The notes under the pieces are model-generated. The model was not told where the DNA came from, made no database searches, and saw only the letters and a list, made by a program, of their open reading frames with translations. A stretch of DNA of 64,000 nucleotides from Nitrosopumilus sp. (GTDB taxonomy: Archaea; Thermoproteota; Nitrososphaeria; Nitrososphaerales; Nitrosopumilaceae): assembly GCA_965218785.1 (NCBI GenBank), contig OZ244650.1, positions 128,001 through 192,000 on the forward strand, in the 5' to 3' direction. This document shows positions 29,774 to 40,518 of this stretch, one piece after another (position 1 is the first letter of the stretch; each line of letters starts with the position of its first letter). Position numbers and translations under genes: made by a program.

Positions 29774-30436
29774 ATGATCTCCACTGGTCTGCACAAACTC
29801 GACGAATTCCTGTCTGGAGGAATACCTGATGGCGTGATAACAGATATTTTCGGTCAAAATGCAACAGGCAAGACCCAGCTGCTGTTCCAATTATCAATAA
29901 ATTCAATCAAAAACAGTGGCGGCCACGTCCTGTATCTAGATACCACGGGCAGCTTCCGACCAGAGCGAATACTGGAGATTCAAAAACAGTCAGGCGAAGA
30001 ATTCAACTTTCTTGACAAAATCACGGTATCTAGAATAACAAACACTTTTGAACAAATAAAATCAATATCCGGCCTTGCAGACAAGAATTTTTCCCTGATT
30101 GTAATTGATAATATCACCGATCTGTTCTCTTATGAATATAAAAAAACAGAGTCTGTTTTTGAAAAAAACTTGTTATTTATGAAACACATGCGCGAGTTAT
30201 CAGAGTTTGCCATAACAAACAAAATTCCCGTTGCAGTTACCAATATGATCAGAACCATAAACGGCAAGGAGATCGAAAATATGAAGGGTGCCATTGATCC
30301 CTTTACCCATATCAAGATTCATCTCTCCAAAAACGCTTCAAAATTTGAGGGGGAAATTTACTGGGCCCTCAAGCGGGAAAATTTTTCCTACAAAATAGAC
30401 GCTTCCGGACTGTCTGATTGCCCTGAAGATATTTAA
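29774..30436 (+). CDS. RadA/RadB-like RecA-family ATPase (core domain only)
   Basis: STGLHKLDEFLSGGIP, Walker A GQNATGKT, DTTGSFRPER, LIVID. Confidence 0.85.
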   Translation: MISTGLHKLDEFLSGGIPDGVITDIFGQNATGKTQLLFQLSINSIKNSGGHVLYLDTTGSFRPERILEIQKQSGEEFNFLDKITVSRITNTFEQIKSISGLADKNFSLIVIDNITDLFSYEYKKTESVFEKNLLFMKHMRELSEFAITNKIPVAVTNMIRTINGKEIENMKGAIDPFTHIKIHLSKNASKFEGEIYWALKRENFSYKIDASGLSDCPEDI

Positions 30437-30458
30437 CGGACAATCATAAAGTTCAGAA

Positions 30459-30578
30459 ATGGCAGAAATTTTTGATTCAATTCCAATAATTACCGTGGTT
30501 TTGTTTGCACTTGGATTGGCAGGAATAATGGTTTATGAAAGATCAAGATCAAAATCAACGGACGAATCTGATTCTTGA
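30459..30578 (+). CDS. Single-TM microprotein (39 aa) overlapping the lhr start
   Basis: MAEIFDSIPIITVVLFALGLAGIMVYERSRSKSTDESDS read manually: hydrophobic helix then basic/acidic tail. Confidence 0.5.
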   Translation: MAEIFDSIPIITVVLFALGLAGIMVYERSRSKSTDESDS

Positions 30579-33276
30579 TTCCTTATTTGGGAAATTTGGA
30601 TTCTCTACACTGACTGAAATTCAGAAAAAGGCATCACCTGTAATTCTGCAAAAAAAAGACAGTCTGGTGATTGCCCCGACAGGCTCGGGAAAAACAGAGT
30701 GTTCTGTAATTCCGATTTTTTCCCTGTTAAAAAATTCAAAAAAGAAGGGAAAAATCAAGGCACTCTACATCACTCCTCTAAGGGCGTTAAATCGTGACGT
30801 GTTTAGAAGAATTACAAAATATGCACAGGAAAACACGCTGTCCCTCAAGATACGACATGGAGACACCTCCCAAAAGGACAGACGGGCAATCAGGGATGAC
30901 CCTCCGGACATTCTGATTACCACTCCTGAAACCCTTGTAATTCTTTTGACGCAGCCCAAAATGCTTGATGCGTTATCAGAGTTGGAATGGGTTGTAATTG
31001 ATGAAGTACACGAGCTGCTAGCCAGTGAACGTGGATCCCAGTTATCATTAAGCGTCGAAAGACTGGAATTTAACTCAAGATACCCGCTGACAAAGATAGG
31101 ATTATCTGCAACTGTCGGGAATTTTGAAGAGGCGGGAAAGTTTGTCGTGGGCACAAAAAGAAAATGCAAGATAGTCCGGGACACTTCGGTGAGAGCCTAT
31201 GATGTTGACATACTGTATGTGGATGGAACAATCTCTGATGTTGCAGAGAAAATTATCGAACACGTACTGGAACTAGACCTGGATTCCCCAATACTGTTAT
31301 TTACCAATACCCGCGGCGAGGCCGAGTTTCTAGCCTCGATTCTAAAGGAGAAATCCGGCATACAAATCGAGCTGCATCACGGCTCCCTGTCCCGGGAGGT
31401 CCGAGAAGAGACTGAGATGTCCCTGCGTGAGGGACGACGGGGCATTGTCGTGTGTACCTCCTCACTGGAGCTTGGATTGGATATTGGTTCAGTCGAGCTG
31501 GTGATTCATTATGGCTCCCCAAGACAGGTATCAAAATTAATTCAAAGAATCGGAAGGAGCAGACATAACCGGAATGCATCAGCCAAGGGGCTCATCATAA
31601 CAAACAATCCAGACGATGAATTCGAGGCCAGGGCAATACTTGATCGCATTAAGGACGGTTCAATTGAGGAGCAAAAGATTCATGATGGTTCCCTTGATGT
31701 TCTGGCTCATCATCTAGTCGGATTGACAATGCAGATTGGGGAAATTTCAGTTGAAGACGCCTTTGAATTAGTTACAAAGGCGTACCCGTTTCGAAACCTG
31801 CAATTACAGGAACTAGTCGAGGTGCTGGATCTGCTTGATTCCAATTATCTGATATTTTTTGATAGAACAAAAATGACTTTTTGGAAGAAGGGCCGTTCAT
31901 TCAAATACTATTTTGAAAACCTCTCAACAATTCCCGACATTCTCAAATTCAGGGTTTTTGACAGCGTAGGCAAAAAGATCATAGGCTCACTTGATCAGAG
32001 ATTCGTGGGGGATTTTGGGGATTCTGGAAACATCTTTGTGCTAAAGGGATCACAATGGAGAATACTAAGCGTTGATGAAAAATCATTCTTCGTAAATGTT
32101 GAACCATTCAGGGGCGGTGGAACCACCGTTCCATACTGGGAGGGGGAAAGCATTCCCATTGATTATAAAACCGCAAAAAAGGTGGGAAATTTTCGTACCA
32201 GGGTTGGCAACGGCTCGCTTGAACTGACAAACAAAGTTATTGAAAAATTCACCTGTGCCCAAATTCCTGATGAGGACAACGTTGTAATTGAATCAAGCAA
32301 GACACAGGGGTCAATCGTGATTCATTCGTGTTTTGGCACGAAGATTAATGCCACACTATCCACACTGCTCTCATCGATGCTCTCATCGATGCTGGGATCC
32401 GTCGTTGATTCCCGTTCAGACGGATACAGAATCGTCCTGTCATCTAGATCACGGATTTCAGAAAAACTTTTTCTTGAAATTATAAATGATGATTACCAGC
32501 TGCATTCAATCGTAACTGCATCCCTGGCAGGAACCCATAATGTCAACTGGAGAACCTGGTGTGTTGCCAAAAAATTCGGCATAGTGGGACGCGGATCAGT
32601 CTACGAAAGAAAGTCTGCCCGGTTTTTGTATGAGAGATATTCCAAAACCGCGCTTGTACACGAGGCATTACGTGAGTTATTTCATGATAAATATGATCTG
32701 AAAAATTCCGATATGGTTCTAAAAAAGATACATGACGGGCAGATTCAGATAAGATGGTTCGAAGTCTCCAAATTCTCAAAATTGGCAGAGCCAATCCTGG
32801 ATCATACGGCAAAGTATTACTCGTCTCCTGCGAATCTTGACAAAGGAATCCTTGATCTTGTAAAGGCAAGACTTCAAAAAACAAAACACCGCCTGGTGTG
32901 TGCCAGATGTGGAAAATGGGAGCGTGTCATGGAAACATCCGAGGTAAAAGGCGTCCTGACATGTCCGTATTGCAAGGGAAGACAGATTACTGCGACGTTT
33001 TATTCTGATTATGATTTACCCAAGATAATACGGAAAAAACACGAGGGAGAAAGGCTATCTGCTGATGAACAGCACAAGTTTAATCGTGCCTGGAAGGTCT
33101 CCTCGCTGGTGGAAAATTTTGGCAAAACTGCCATTATTGTAATGTCCGGGTATGGAGTTGGCGCAGATACGGCAGCAAGAATCCTGAGAAATATGATAGA
33201 TGAGGAACATATCTTCAGGCAGATCTACGAGGCAGAAAGACAGTACATCGTAACAAGGGGTTTTTGGGATTCCTAG
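30535..33276 (+). CDS. lhr: Lhr-family ATP-dependent SF2 helicase
   Basis: APTGSGKT, ITTPE, DEVH, LSAT, HHGSLS, LELGLDIG, QRIGRS; C-terminal zinc-finger cysteines. Confidence 0.93.
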   Translation: MKDQDQNQRTNLILDSLFGKFGFSTLTEIQKKASPVILQKKDSLVIAPTGSGKTECSVIPIFSLLKNSKKKGKIKALYITPLRALNRDVFRRITKYAQENTLSLKIRHGDTSQKDRRAIRDDPPDILITTPETLVILLTQPKMLDALSELEWVVIDEVHELLASERGSQLSLSVERLEFNSRYPLTKIGLSATVGNFEEAGKFVVGTKRKCKIVRDTSVRAYDVDILYVDGTISDVAEKIIEHVLELDLDSPILLFTNTRGEAEFLASILKEKSGIQIELHHGSLSREVREETEMSLREGRRGIVVCTSSLELGLDIGSVELVIHYGSPRQVSKLIQRIGRSRHNRNASAKGLIITNNPDDEFEARAILDRIKDGSIEEQKIHDGSLDVLAHHLVGLTMQIGEISVEDAFELVTKAYPFRNLQLQELVEVLDLLDSNYLIFFDRTKMTFWKKGRSFKYYFENLSTIPDILKFRVFDSVGKKIIGSLDQRFVGDFGDSGNIFVLKGSQWRILSVDEKSFFVNVEPFRGGGTTVPYWEGESIPIDYKTAKKVGNFRTRVGNGSLELTNKVIEKFTCAQIPDEDNVVIESSKTQGSIVIHSCFGTKINATLSTLLSSMLSSMLGSVVDSRSDGYRIVLSSRSRISEKLFLEIINDDYQLHSIVTASLAGTHNVNWRTWCVAKKFGIVGRGSVYERKSARFLYERYSKTALVHEALRELFHDKYDLKNSDMVLKKIHDGQIQIRWFEVSKFSKLAEPILDHTAKYYSSPANLDKGILDLVKARLQKTKHRLVCARCGKWERVMETSEVKGVLTCPYCKGRQITATFYSDYDLPKIIRKKHEGERLSADEQHKFNRAWKVSSLVENFGKTAIIVMSGYGVGADTAARILRNMIDEEHIFRQIYEAERQYIVTRGFWDS

Positions 33277-34670
33277 TTCTTTTTTGATATTTTAGAAAAC
33301 GGTGTCAAAACCAGTTCCACCCTGCCTTCAAGTCCCGCTTTTGCATTTAGTCCAGTTATTGAAACAATCTCCCCCAGCTCACAACTGCCAGTCAGTCTTG
33401 CCTGGTTTCTCCAGCCCTTTATCCAAATCTGTCCGGTATCGTCTTCGACGAACATTTCTGATAATGAGACTGACTCTCCTGTCTTGGTCTGAATCTCGCG
33501 TATTTCAGGGACTTTTAATATTATGGCCTCGATGCAGTAGCTTTGATCAACTTTGACATCATTGATCTTTGTTCTAATTTGGGACAGTGATGGAACCGTT
33601 TCGTCATTATCTAGTTTTCTTACAAAAGAATTCTCATCTAGTGTGACCGAGTTTCCGTAGATTTTTGACGGCATGCATTCTATTAGATCCCCCTCGGCGC
33701 AGCTGCTAGTTAAATTTGACAAATCATTAATGTTGTATAGTCTCCTTTTACCGTCAACTACCAGGATCTTGCTTTTGCCATCTTCAGTATGCGAGACTGA
33801 AAGAATTCTTGCAATTACGGGTTCTGCCTCCTGACTTCCCTCAATTTCTATTATCGTGGCATCATTGCCATGAATTTCCAATCCCTGGTTTCCGGACTTT
33901 ATCCTGACGCCAAGCAGTCTTACCTTGGCTGACTGTGAAATCATGTTGGGAATGGAGGATTCGTCTTTTCCCCACAGAACAACCCTCATTGCAGTGCCGT
34001 CCTTGCCCTTTAGTCTCATTCTCAGAGCGGTCCCGGGATTGCCGCGAGAGTTTGTAAATTCCATCCCGCTAATCATTCCGTCAATCACGCCTGAAAGCAC
34101 GAGATCCTTGTCTCCCTCTTTTAACTCGCTGGCATCTTTTGTAATTGTATCAATGGATGGAATTTCACTTGGCGTATCTGCGGTTTCAATGTTTGATCCA
34201 GAACCAATGTTGATTGTAGGTGATCCGTCAAGATCTGATTTTACATAAGCCTTTATGATTTTGATCAGGTCACCGGGTTTTAGATTCTCAATACCTGGAA
34301 GATTTGCCTTTTCATCCCACAGCTTTACACTTGCAGTGGAATTTGTATCATATACGGTCATGGTTCTAAGATAAAACGGGGATCCGTCTTTTCTTGAAAA
34401 CTGTTTTGCCGGAGACAGGTTCAAAACCCTGGTCTCCAATGAAATCTCCTTTGCTCCTGCATAAAGATCCTTTAGACTCATCTCTATTTTCAGCGGTTCT
34501 GAGAGGCTGGCCCCGCAGTCAGATGCTATCAGGAATATGGCCCCCTGATCAGTCAGATATCCGGCGCCGATTTTTTCTTTCTTTTGCTTAATTTGCTCCT
34601 GTATGCTCTCCCTGGTTAATTCAGGTTTTTGTTCAAGTAGTTTGTTAATCAGATTTTCTAATTCAGACAT
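33273..34670 (-). CDS. rpa: Replication protein A-like multi-OB-fold ssDNA-binding protein
   Basis: Repeated OB folds (DxT.....KLWD, RVVLWG, EDDTGQIWIKGW). Confidence 0.85.
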   Translation of the reverse strand: MSELENLINKLLEQKPELTRESIQEQIKQKKEKIGAGYLTDQGAIFLIASDCGASLSEPLKIEMSLKDLYAGAKEISLETRVLNLSPAKQFSRKDGSPFYLRTMTVYDTNSTASVKLWDEKANLPGIENLKPGDLIKIIKAYVKSDLDGSPTINIGSGSNIETADTPSEIPSIDTITKDASELKEGDKDLVLSGVIDGMISGMEFTNSRGNPGTALRMRLKGKDGTAMRVVLWGKDESSIPNMISQSAKVRLLGVRIKSGNQGLEIHGNDATIIEIEGSQEAEPVIARILSVSHTEDGKSKILVVDGKRRLYNINDLSNLTSSCAEGDLIECMPSKIYGNSVTLDENSFVRKLDNDETVPSLSQIRTKINDVKVDQSYCIEAIILKVPEIREIQTKTGESVSLSEMFVEDDTGQIWIKGWRNQARLTGSCELGEIVSITGLNAKAGLEGRVELVLTPFSKISKKN

Positions 34671-34783
34671 TCACAACTACTAAATCTACTCTATTAATAA
34701 AAATTTCATCTGCTGGCAAAACCCGTTTTTAATGACTATGATCGCTTCATTAACTAAATTAATAGGCAGATCGCAGTTTTGTC

Positions 34784-35722
34784 GTGTCCTGTATTAGCGC
34801 CAGCCATCTTTCAAAATTGTATGGCTCGACCAAGGCCGTAGATGATCTTCAATTATCAGTCAAACCGGGCCAGGTTTTCGGGTTTTTAGGCCCAAATGGG
34901 GCAGGAAAATCCACCACCATCAAATTATTAACAACGTTAATCCCACCCTCAAACGGCTCTCTTACCATTTTGGGCATTGATGCTGTGGCAAATCCCATCC
35001 GGGTTCGCCACAAGATAGGAGTCGTCTTACAGCAGCCCAGTTACGAACCAACGCTCTCTGTTGAAAAATCCCTTGATAAATACGGGATGATGTGGAATGT
35101 GCCCAGAATCGAACGTAAAAAAAGAACGGAACAGCTTCTCAAGGACTTTGATCTAGTTGAAATCCGCAAGACAAGAAACGAGGATCTATCTATTGGCCAA
35201 CGAAGAAGGGTCCAGGTTGCACGTGAATTCATGCATGATATGGAATTACTGTTTTTAGACGAGCCGACTGTGGGTCTGGATCCCGCCGCTAGAAGAAAGT
35301 TGTTGGATTATTTAAAAAACAAGGTAAGAACAGGCCTGACAATTTTTTACACAACACACATTCTAACTGAGGCCGAGTATCTATGTGATGAGATAGCAAT
35401 AATTGACAAAGGCAGGATTCTTACCGTGGACTCTCCGGATGCATTAAAAAACAGATTTGGAAAAGAAAAAACCATCAAAATTCATTTATTGGAAAAACAC
35501 TCTAGAATTACCTCTTTGTTATCTGGTATTATTGACTGTAAAATTGATTTTGAAACTGGAACAAACATAGTTATTCGTTCAGAACAATCCGAGCTGGTGC
35601 TGTTAAAAATATTAAAGATACTAAACGAGAATAAAATCGATATTGAAGATCTCTCGGCAGTACCAACAAACCTTGAAGAGATATTTTTGAACATGGTAAG
35701 AGAAAATGCATCCAATAATTAG
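34784..35722 (+). CDS. ABC transporter ATP-binding protein (DrrA-like)
   Basis: GPNGAGKST, LSIGQ, LDEPTVGLD, TTH. Confidence 0.92.
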   Translation: MSCISASHLSKLYGSTKAVDDLQLSVKPGQVFGFLGPNGAGKSTTIKLLTTLIPPSNGSLTILGIDAVANPIRVRHKIGVVLQQPSYEPTLSVEKSLDKYGMMWNVPRIERKKRTEQLLKDFDLVEIRKTRNEDLSIGQRRRVQVAREFMHDMELLFLDEPTVGLDPAARRKLLDYLKNKVRTGLTIFYTTHILTEAEYLCDEIAIIDKGRILTVDSPDALKNRFGKEKTIKIHLLEKHSRITSLLSGIIDCKIDFETGTNIVIRSEQSELVLLKILKILNENKIDIEDLSAVPTNLEEIFLNMVRENASNN

Positions 35723-36467
35723 ACTTGTTAATAGAAATCTTACGATCTCCCTTAATCCGGGATTTTTAATTTGGCAGGTAATATTCCCCCTGATCTATAT
35801 TTTTGTAGCCGGGTTTGCATATGCGCCGCTGATTAATGCGGTTCCATTTGGAGGCAAGGATCTTGATTATCCCGCATTTTTGGCATCTGGCATGATCGGA
35901 TTTAACATAATGAACAGCACGCTGATCTCCGGTATCATCATCTGGAATGACAGAAAGCATGGGATGTTTGAGCAGATCATGTCAGGACCATTTACCCGGA
36001 GTCACTATATTCTGAGTAATATCTGCACCATTGGAATAATCGGCCTGGTCAGTGCCGGACTAATAGCAGTAGTCGGGTATCCGGTATTTTTTGAATCAGT
36101 AGAGTTCTCACTTGTTACAATCCCCATAATTATTTTTGGTGCAATCACCGGTTCGGTACTTTTTGGTTCACTGGCATCAATTATCTCAACTAGGCTGCGC
36201 TCAAGCGAGGGATTTAACGTAATTATTAATACGGTCTTTTTGTTCTTTGCCTTTGTTAGTACCGCATTTTATCCTGCTGATGGCGCCCCAGAACCACTGC
36301 GGACCGCGTTTTATCTGAATCCATTGACATATCTTGTAGATGTAATCAGGGCAGGAATTTTTGGAACCATCAACGAGTTTGTAATTATTGAAATGGTGAT
36401 ACTAGTGGCAATCGCATCAGCATTGTTTGTTATTGCCTCACGACTACTTACAAAATTAGATTTCTAG
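35706..36467 (+). CDS. ABC-2 type transporter permease
   Basis: About six TM helices, STAFYP, NPLTY..D..R. Confidence 0.9.
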   Translation: MHPIIRLVNRNLTISLNPGFLIWQVIFPLIYIFVAGFAYAPLINAVPFGGKDLDYPAFLASGMIGFNIMNSTLISGIIIWNDRKHGMFEQIMSGPFTRSHYILSNICTIGIIGLVSAGLIAVVGYPVFFESVEFSLVTIPIIIFGAITGSVLFGSLASIISTRLRSSEGFNVIINTVFLFFAFVSTAFYPADGAPEPLRTAFYLNPLTYLVDVIRAGIFGTINEFVIIEMVILVAIASALFVIASRLLTKLDF

Positions 36468-36468
36468 G

Positions 36469-37908
36469 TTATTTTACAGATGTGCCGATTCCCTTGAAAA
36501 TTAATCCTGCATCCCTGACTGCATCAGATGATAATTTGCCCCTGGCATCAATTATTATTCCAGAGGGTTTCATCAGATTTTTCAACATGTTGAAATCCAT
36601 TTTTAAAAATTCATCATGATCCGTACCTAAAACCACCACGTCACAACCAGTAGCAAGGTTTTCAATGCTCTCTTCGATTTTTATTGATAGAAACTCTTTT
36701 TTGATGAAATAAGGATCAAAAATCTTTATTTTGAAGTTTTCCTGTCCTAGTTTTTTAACGACATCTTTGATTGGAGTCAGTTGAACATCCCCCACATTTG
36801 GTTTGTATGAGATTCCCAGAATCCCGACTGTGATATCTTCGGATTTTTTATCAATCTCTTTTAGCGAATCCCTGACTAGTTTTATCACGTATTCTGGCAT
36901 TTCAGAGTTTATCTTTCTTGCAACCCTGACTAGTTGAAGAATATTTTCTGACTCGGGTGCATCTAGCAACTGATAGGGATTTACCGGAAGACACGGACCG
37001 CCGACTCCCGGACCTGGAAAATGCGGTATAAAGTTATATTTTGTGTTACAACCCGCAATTAACTCATTTACGTCTATTCCAATTCTATCGCAAAAAACCG
37101 CAATCTCATTGATAAATGCCACGTTTACATCCCTGAAAACATTTTCAACCACCTTGACTGCATTTGCAGTCTTGCAATTTTTTACACGTACTACATCAAT
37201 TTTAAAGACGGACTCGTACAGATGTGACGCAAAATTTGTACATTTCTCATTGATTCCTCCCACCACCCTTGGAATTTTGCTAAAATCCGTTAATATTGTG
37301 GATGGATTTGCACGCTCCGGACAGCTTGCAACTCCAAAATCCTTTCCGGATGTAAGACTGCTTTCTTTTTCCAATATTGGAATAACTTTATCCTCAATTA
37401 TTCCCGGTCCAACCGTGCTCTCAATTATTATCAGCGAGTTTCTTTTCATAATTTTTGCAATTTCAGAGCATCCCTCCAACAAAAACTGATAATTGGTTTT
37501 TTTGGTATCCTCTTTTAACGGAGTCGGCAGGCAGACGATAACTATGTCTGCACCCGCAACTGATTCGTCAATTTTTGTCGTGGCTGAAAATTTTTTCTTT
37601 TCTAGTACTTTGTGCAGTGCCTCCTGTAATCCGGGTTCATCGTTTACTCTTAGCTTTCCCAAATTTGCAAATTCGACAATTTCCTGGTTAATATCCATGC
37701 CGATAGTTGGTAAATCAGATCTTGCCATAGCTACGGCAGTAGGCAGGCCGATTCTTCCCAGCCCGATAACGGAAATTTTGACGTCTTTTTTTTGAATTTT
37801 TTTTACATATTCTTTGATATCCAAATCCAAAATTCCTTTATTTTCAGGCAATATCCTGACTAATGATGAAATTAATATTAAGTTATCATTGGATTTTACT
37901 AATTCCAA
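36469..37908 (-). CDS. Nucleotide-sugar dehydrogenase (WecC/UDP-ManNAc dehydrogenase family)
   Basis: GLGRIG, CLPTP, ESTV, CPER, KVVEN, catalytic GVGGPC, YKPNVGD; true start may lie downstream of 37908. Confidence 0.9.
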   Translation of the reverse strand: MELVKSNDNLILISSLVRILPENKGILDLDIKEYVKKIQKKDVKISVIGLGRIGLPTAVAMARSDLPTIGMDINQEIVEFANLGKLRVNDEPGLQEALHKVLEKKKFSATTKIDESVAGADIVIVCLPTPLKEDTKKTNYQFLLEGCSEIAKIMKRNSLIIIESTVGPGIIEDKVIPILEKESSLTSGKDFGVASCPERANPSTILTDFSKIPRVVGGINEKCTNFASHLYESVFKIDVVRVKNCKTANAVKVVENVFRDVNVAFINEIAVFCDRIGIDVNELIAGCNTKYNFIPHFPGPGVGGPCLPVNPYQLLDAPESENILQLVRVARKINSEMPEYVIKLVRDSLKEIDKKSEDITVGILGISYKPNVGDVQLTPIKDVVKKLGQENFKIKIFDPYFIKKEFLSIKIEESIENLATGCDVVVLGTDHDEFLKMDFNMLKNLMKPSGIIIDARGKLSSDAVRDAGLIFKGIGTSVK

Positions 37909-38140
37909 ATTTTATCTGATAAATAATTTCCAAGCAAGACGTTTTAATCCTGATTTTGTGTCAGTTGCATGTAGATGCAGACAATTCGATATCTTCTTGA
38001 TAATAACAGTCTGCAGCATGTTTTTCAATACCTTTCCTGGATTACGACATCGGAATTCCTAATATTATATGCCATCCAATCAAAGCACAGACAGGCATCT
38101 TTGATTAAATAACCCCTCAATTTTTAATTTTTCAAAAAAG

Positions 38141-38213
38141 TAGCCCGGCCCAGACTCGAACTGGGGTCAAAGGCTTCAAAGGCCTCTATGCTTGACCGCT
38201 ACACTACCGGGCT
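38141..38213 (-). tRNA. tRNA-Gln(UUG)
   Basis: Reverse complement AGCCCGG...GAGGC-CTTTGAA-GCCTT...GTTCGAGTC...CCGGGCTA; A1-U72 pair characteristic of archaeal tRNA-Gln (GatDE substrate). Confidence 0.95.
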
Positions 38214-38247
38214 GCCTAAACTTTCTGTTTTAATTTCCCTTAAAATG

Positions 38248-39309
38248 TTATTCATTATACATCATATCTAAAACCGATTCAAGTTTTTTTATTGGATTCT
38301 CCATGCTTTTGAATTCTTTTTTTGCACGATTCTTTAGCGTATCTGACTTGTCATTTAAAATCCGCAGGATCTGTTTGTCTAACTGACTGACTTTGTCAAT
38401 TCTTCTCACCAGTTTTTTCCTCACCAGATATTCTTCTGTGATGTTTGGAACTGCATTATATGACAATGTTGGAATTCCCCTAAGAGCTGATTCGGTAGTC
38501 ATAGTACCTCCCGAACCTACAAAGACATCCGTCATTTCTAAAATTTCACCGCTGTCAACTGGTTTTTTTAATACTATGATACGCCGGTTCAAATTTTTTG
38601 CCAGTCGATTTATCTCATCAGAATACCTTCCCAGAACTATGACGTTTGCATTTTTAATGGTTGCAAGTTTCTTGATTATCTTTACCATATCTATCGTTTT
38701 TTTTGTGTATGATGCATTTGATTCGTAAGTTCTAAACAAGATGTTTTTTCCCTTTTTCCTTATCTGGGGAACCGTATTCTTTTTTGGTTTTTGGGATATT
38801 ATCAAGGCGGCATCTATTGCCTTGTAGGTAATGACGTTTTTTGGCAGTATTCCGTATCTGGTAAATTCCTTTTTTGGGATTATCCAGGGAATCAATAATT
38901 TTTGAATTAATGGTACGGTTAGTCTCAGAGCAGCTTCTGAATGAGGCGCATCACAAAATGCCACGTGTTTAATCTGCAATCCGTGTGAAATTCTTGCAGC
39001 ATCAGGCGAGCACTGACTAACTATTACGTCTGGTTTAAAATGCTTGATAATCGGCATTAGATCTTTTATTCTATTCAGACTTGCCTCTAATTTTGCCGAG
39101 TTATTACCTCCACCATGTCTTCCAATGGTTTGCGCCTTTAGCTTTCGAATCTTTGCCAAGTGATCTACTTCCCGATATTTTCTAGTGGTACATAGAATCT
39201 TGTGTTTTCTGCCCAAATCCTTTGCCATTGGCTGAAAAAACAATAATTGTTTAGGAGTAAGGATGTCCATCCATATTTTCAATATTTTCCTTGATTTTAT
39301 CCGGTTCAA
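38248..39309 (-). CDS. DUF354-family GT-B fold protein
   Basis: WMDILTPKQ, GRHGG, DAPHS, GSGGTMTTESALRG.P. Confidence 0.85.
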   Translation of the reverse strand: MNRIKSRKILKIWMDILTPKQLLFFQPMAKDLGRKHKILCTTRKYREVDHLAKIRKLKAQTIGRHGGGNNSAKLEASLNRIKDLMPIIKHFKPDVIVSQCSPDAARISHGLQIKHVAFCDAPHSEAALRLTVPLIQKLLIPWIIPKKEFTRYGILPKNVITYKAIDAALIISQKPKKNTVPQIRKKGKNILFRTYESNASYTKKTIDMVKIIKKLATIKNANVIVLGRYSDEINRLAKNLNRRIIVLKKPVDSGEILEMTDVFVGSGGTMTTESALRGIPTLSYNAVPNITEEYLVRKKLVRRIDKVSQLDKQILRILNDKSDTLKNRAKKEFKSMENPIKKLESVLDMMYNE

Positions 39310-39343
39310 TAAGTTTTTCTTAGTCTATTACACGCTGTATTGT

Positions 39344-40483
39344 ATGGCTGGAGCAAAAGTTGTCGTTTATGGTCTTAGTACAGAAGGATACGCAATTGCC
39401 TCACAAATGGCACTCAAGGGAGCCGATGTCTACATAATAGATGAATCAACCCCCTCGGCAATCTCACTTAAAGCTGAAATCGCCAAAACCTACCCAAACG
39501 TGGCCTCACTAAAAGAGGATGAACCCCTGCTGGCAATGGAACCCATTGACGTGGCCATCTCCAAGGCGCAATATCTTTTCTTTACTCCAAGAATTAGAAA
39601 AACAGGACAGGACATCAAAACTGAAATTCATTCCAAATTCAAGGATGCCACTAAATCATTGAGGAAAAACAGTTCGGTAATCTTTACTCTTCCAACAGGA
39701 TTTGGCGGCAATAATGAAAATATCTCGCTATTAGAACATGTGACAGGCCTGCAGGTCGGAAAGTATATTTCATATTTTTATTATCCGTTGGAGGATCTAA
39801 ATCAACAACCCAAGATTATTGGTTCTTTTGATGGAAAAGATGACCCCAAATTATCCGAACTGCTCACTACGGGTAAAAACGTGAAAAAATTTGTCGCAAT
39901 TTCATCATCAGAACATTTTCATGCTATTAACATCCTGTCCCGTTTTTCCAGCCTGTGCAGTGTTCTAGAGGTCTGTAAATACGCACAAGATGAAGTCACT
40001 AAAAATGATCTGTCTTCAGATGATTTTCAGCAGATATTTCTTGATAATATGGTTAGCGGGTTGTTTGATCTAAACTCCCTGAGATCCTCCTTTGAGGGCA
40101 CCAATACACTCATGTATCTAATTAATGGAAGTGCAAAAGGCATTGACGGATACGTCAAAAGACTGATTGATGAAATTCGAACGACACTAAAGAAAAATGA
40201 TCTCAAAGCCAGCAGGACAAAAATTGCATTATCCTGGACACTTGATCATCATGCAATGCGCGGGGATAAAATCGAGATGCTCAAAACTTTAACTTCCAAA
40301 CTGCGTGATTACATTGGTGATGTAGAAGCTTATGAAGATCCAAACTTTGATCTTTTTCATAGTGATAAAACTACAATAGTTGTTGCATGTTCAAAAACTG
40401 ATTTTGAATATATTGAAAAGACCAAGCAGAGTTCGAATTTAATTACGATAAAAGCAAATCCCTTGTGTGAAATCATTCAATAA
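39344..40483 (+). CDS. Conserved hypothetical protein, degenerate nucleotide-sugar dehydrogenase-like fold
   Basis: N-terminal Rossmann-like VVVYGLSTEG, EPLL and YYP motifs, C-terminal DP; no GGxC; ATG at 39344. Confidence 0.6.
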   Translation: MAGAKVVVYGLSTEGYAIASQMALKGADVYIIDESTPSAISLKAEIAKTYPNVASLKEDEPLLAMEPIDVAISKAQYLFFTPRIRKTGQDIKTEIHSKFKDATKSLRKNSSVIFTLPTGFGGNNENISLLEHVTGLQVGKYISYFYYPLEDLNQQPKIIGSFDGKDDPKLSELLTTGKNVKKFVAISSSEHFHAINILSRFSSLCSVLEVCKYAQDEVTKNDLSSDDFQQIFLDNMVSGLFDLNSLRSSFEGTNTLMYLINGSAKGIDGYVKRLIDEIRTTLKKNDLKASRTKIALSWTLDHHAMRGDKIEMLKTLTSKLRDYIGDVEAYEDPNFDLFHSDKTTIVVACSKTDFEYIEKTKQSSNLITIKANPLCEIIQ

Positions 40484-40518
40484 CGATTTAAATTAGCTAA
40501 ATTATAATTTACTTTGAT

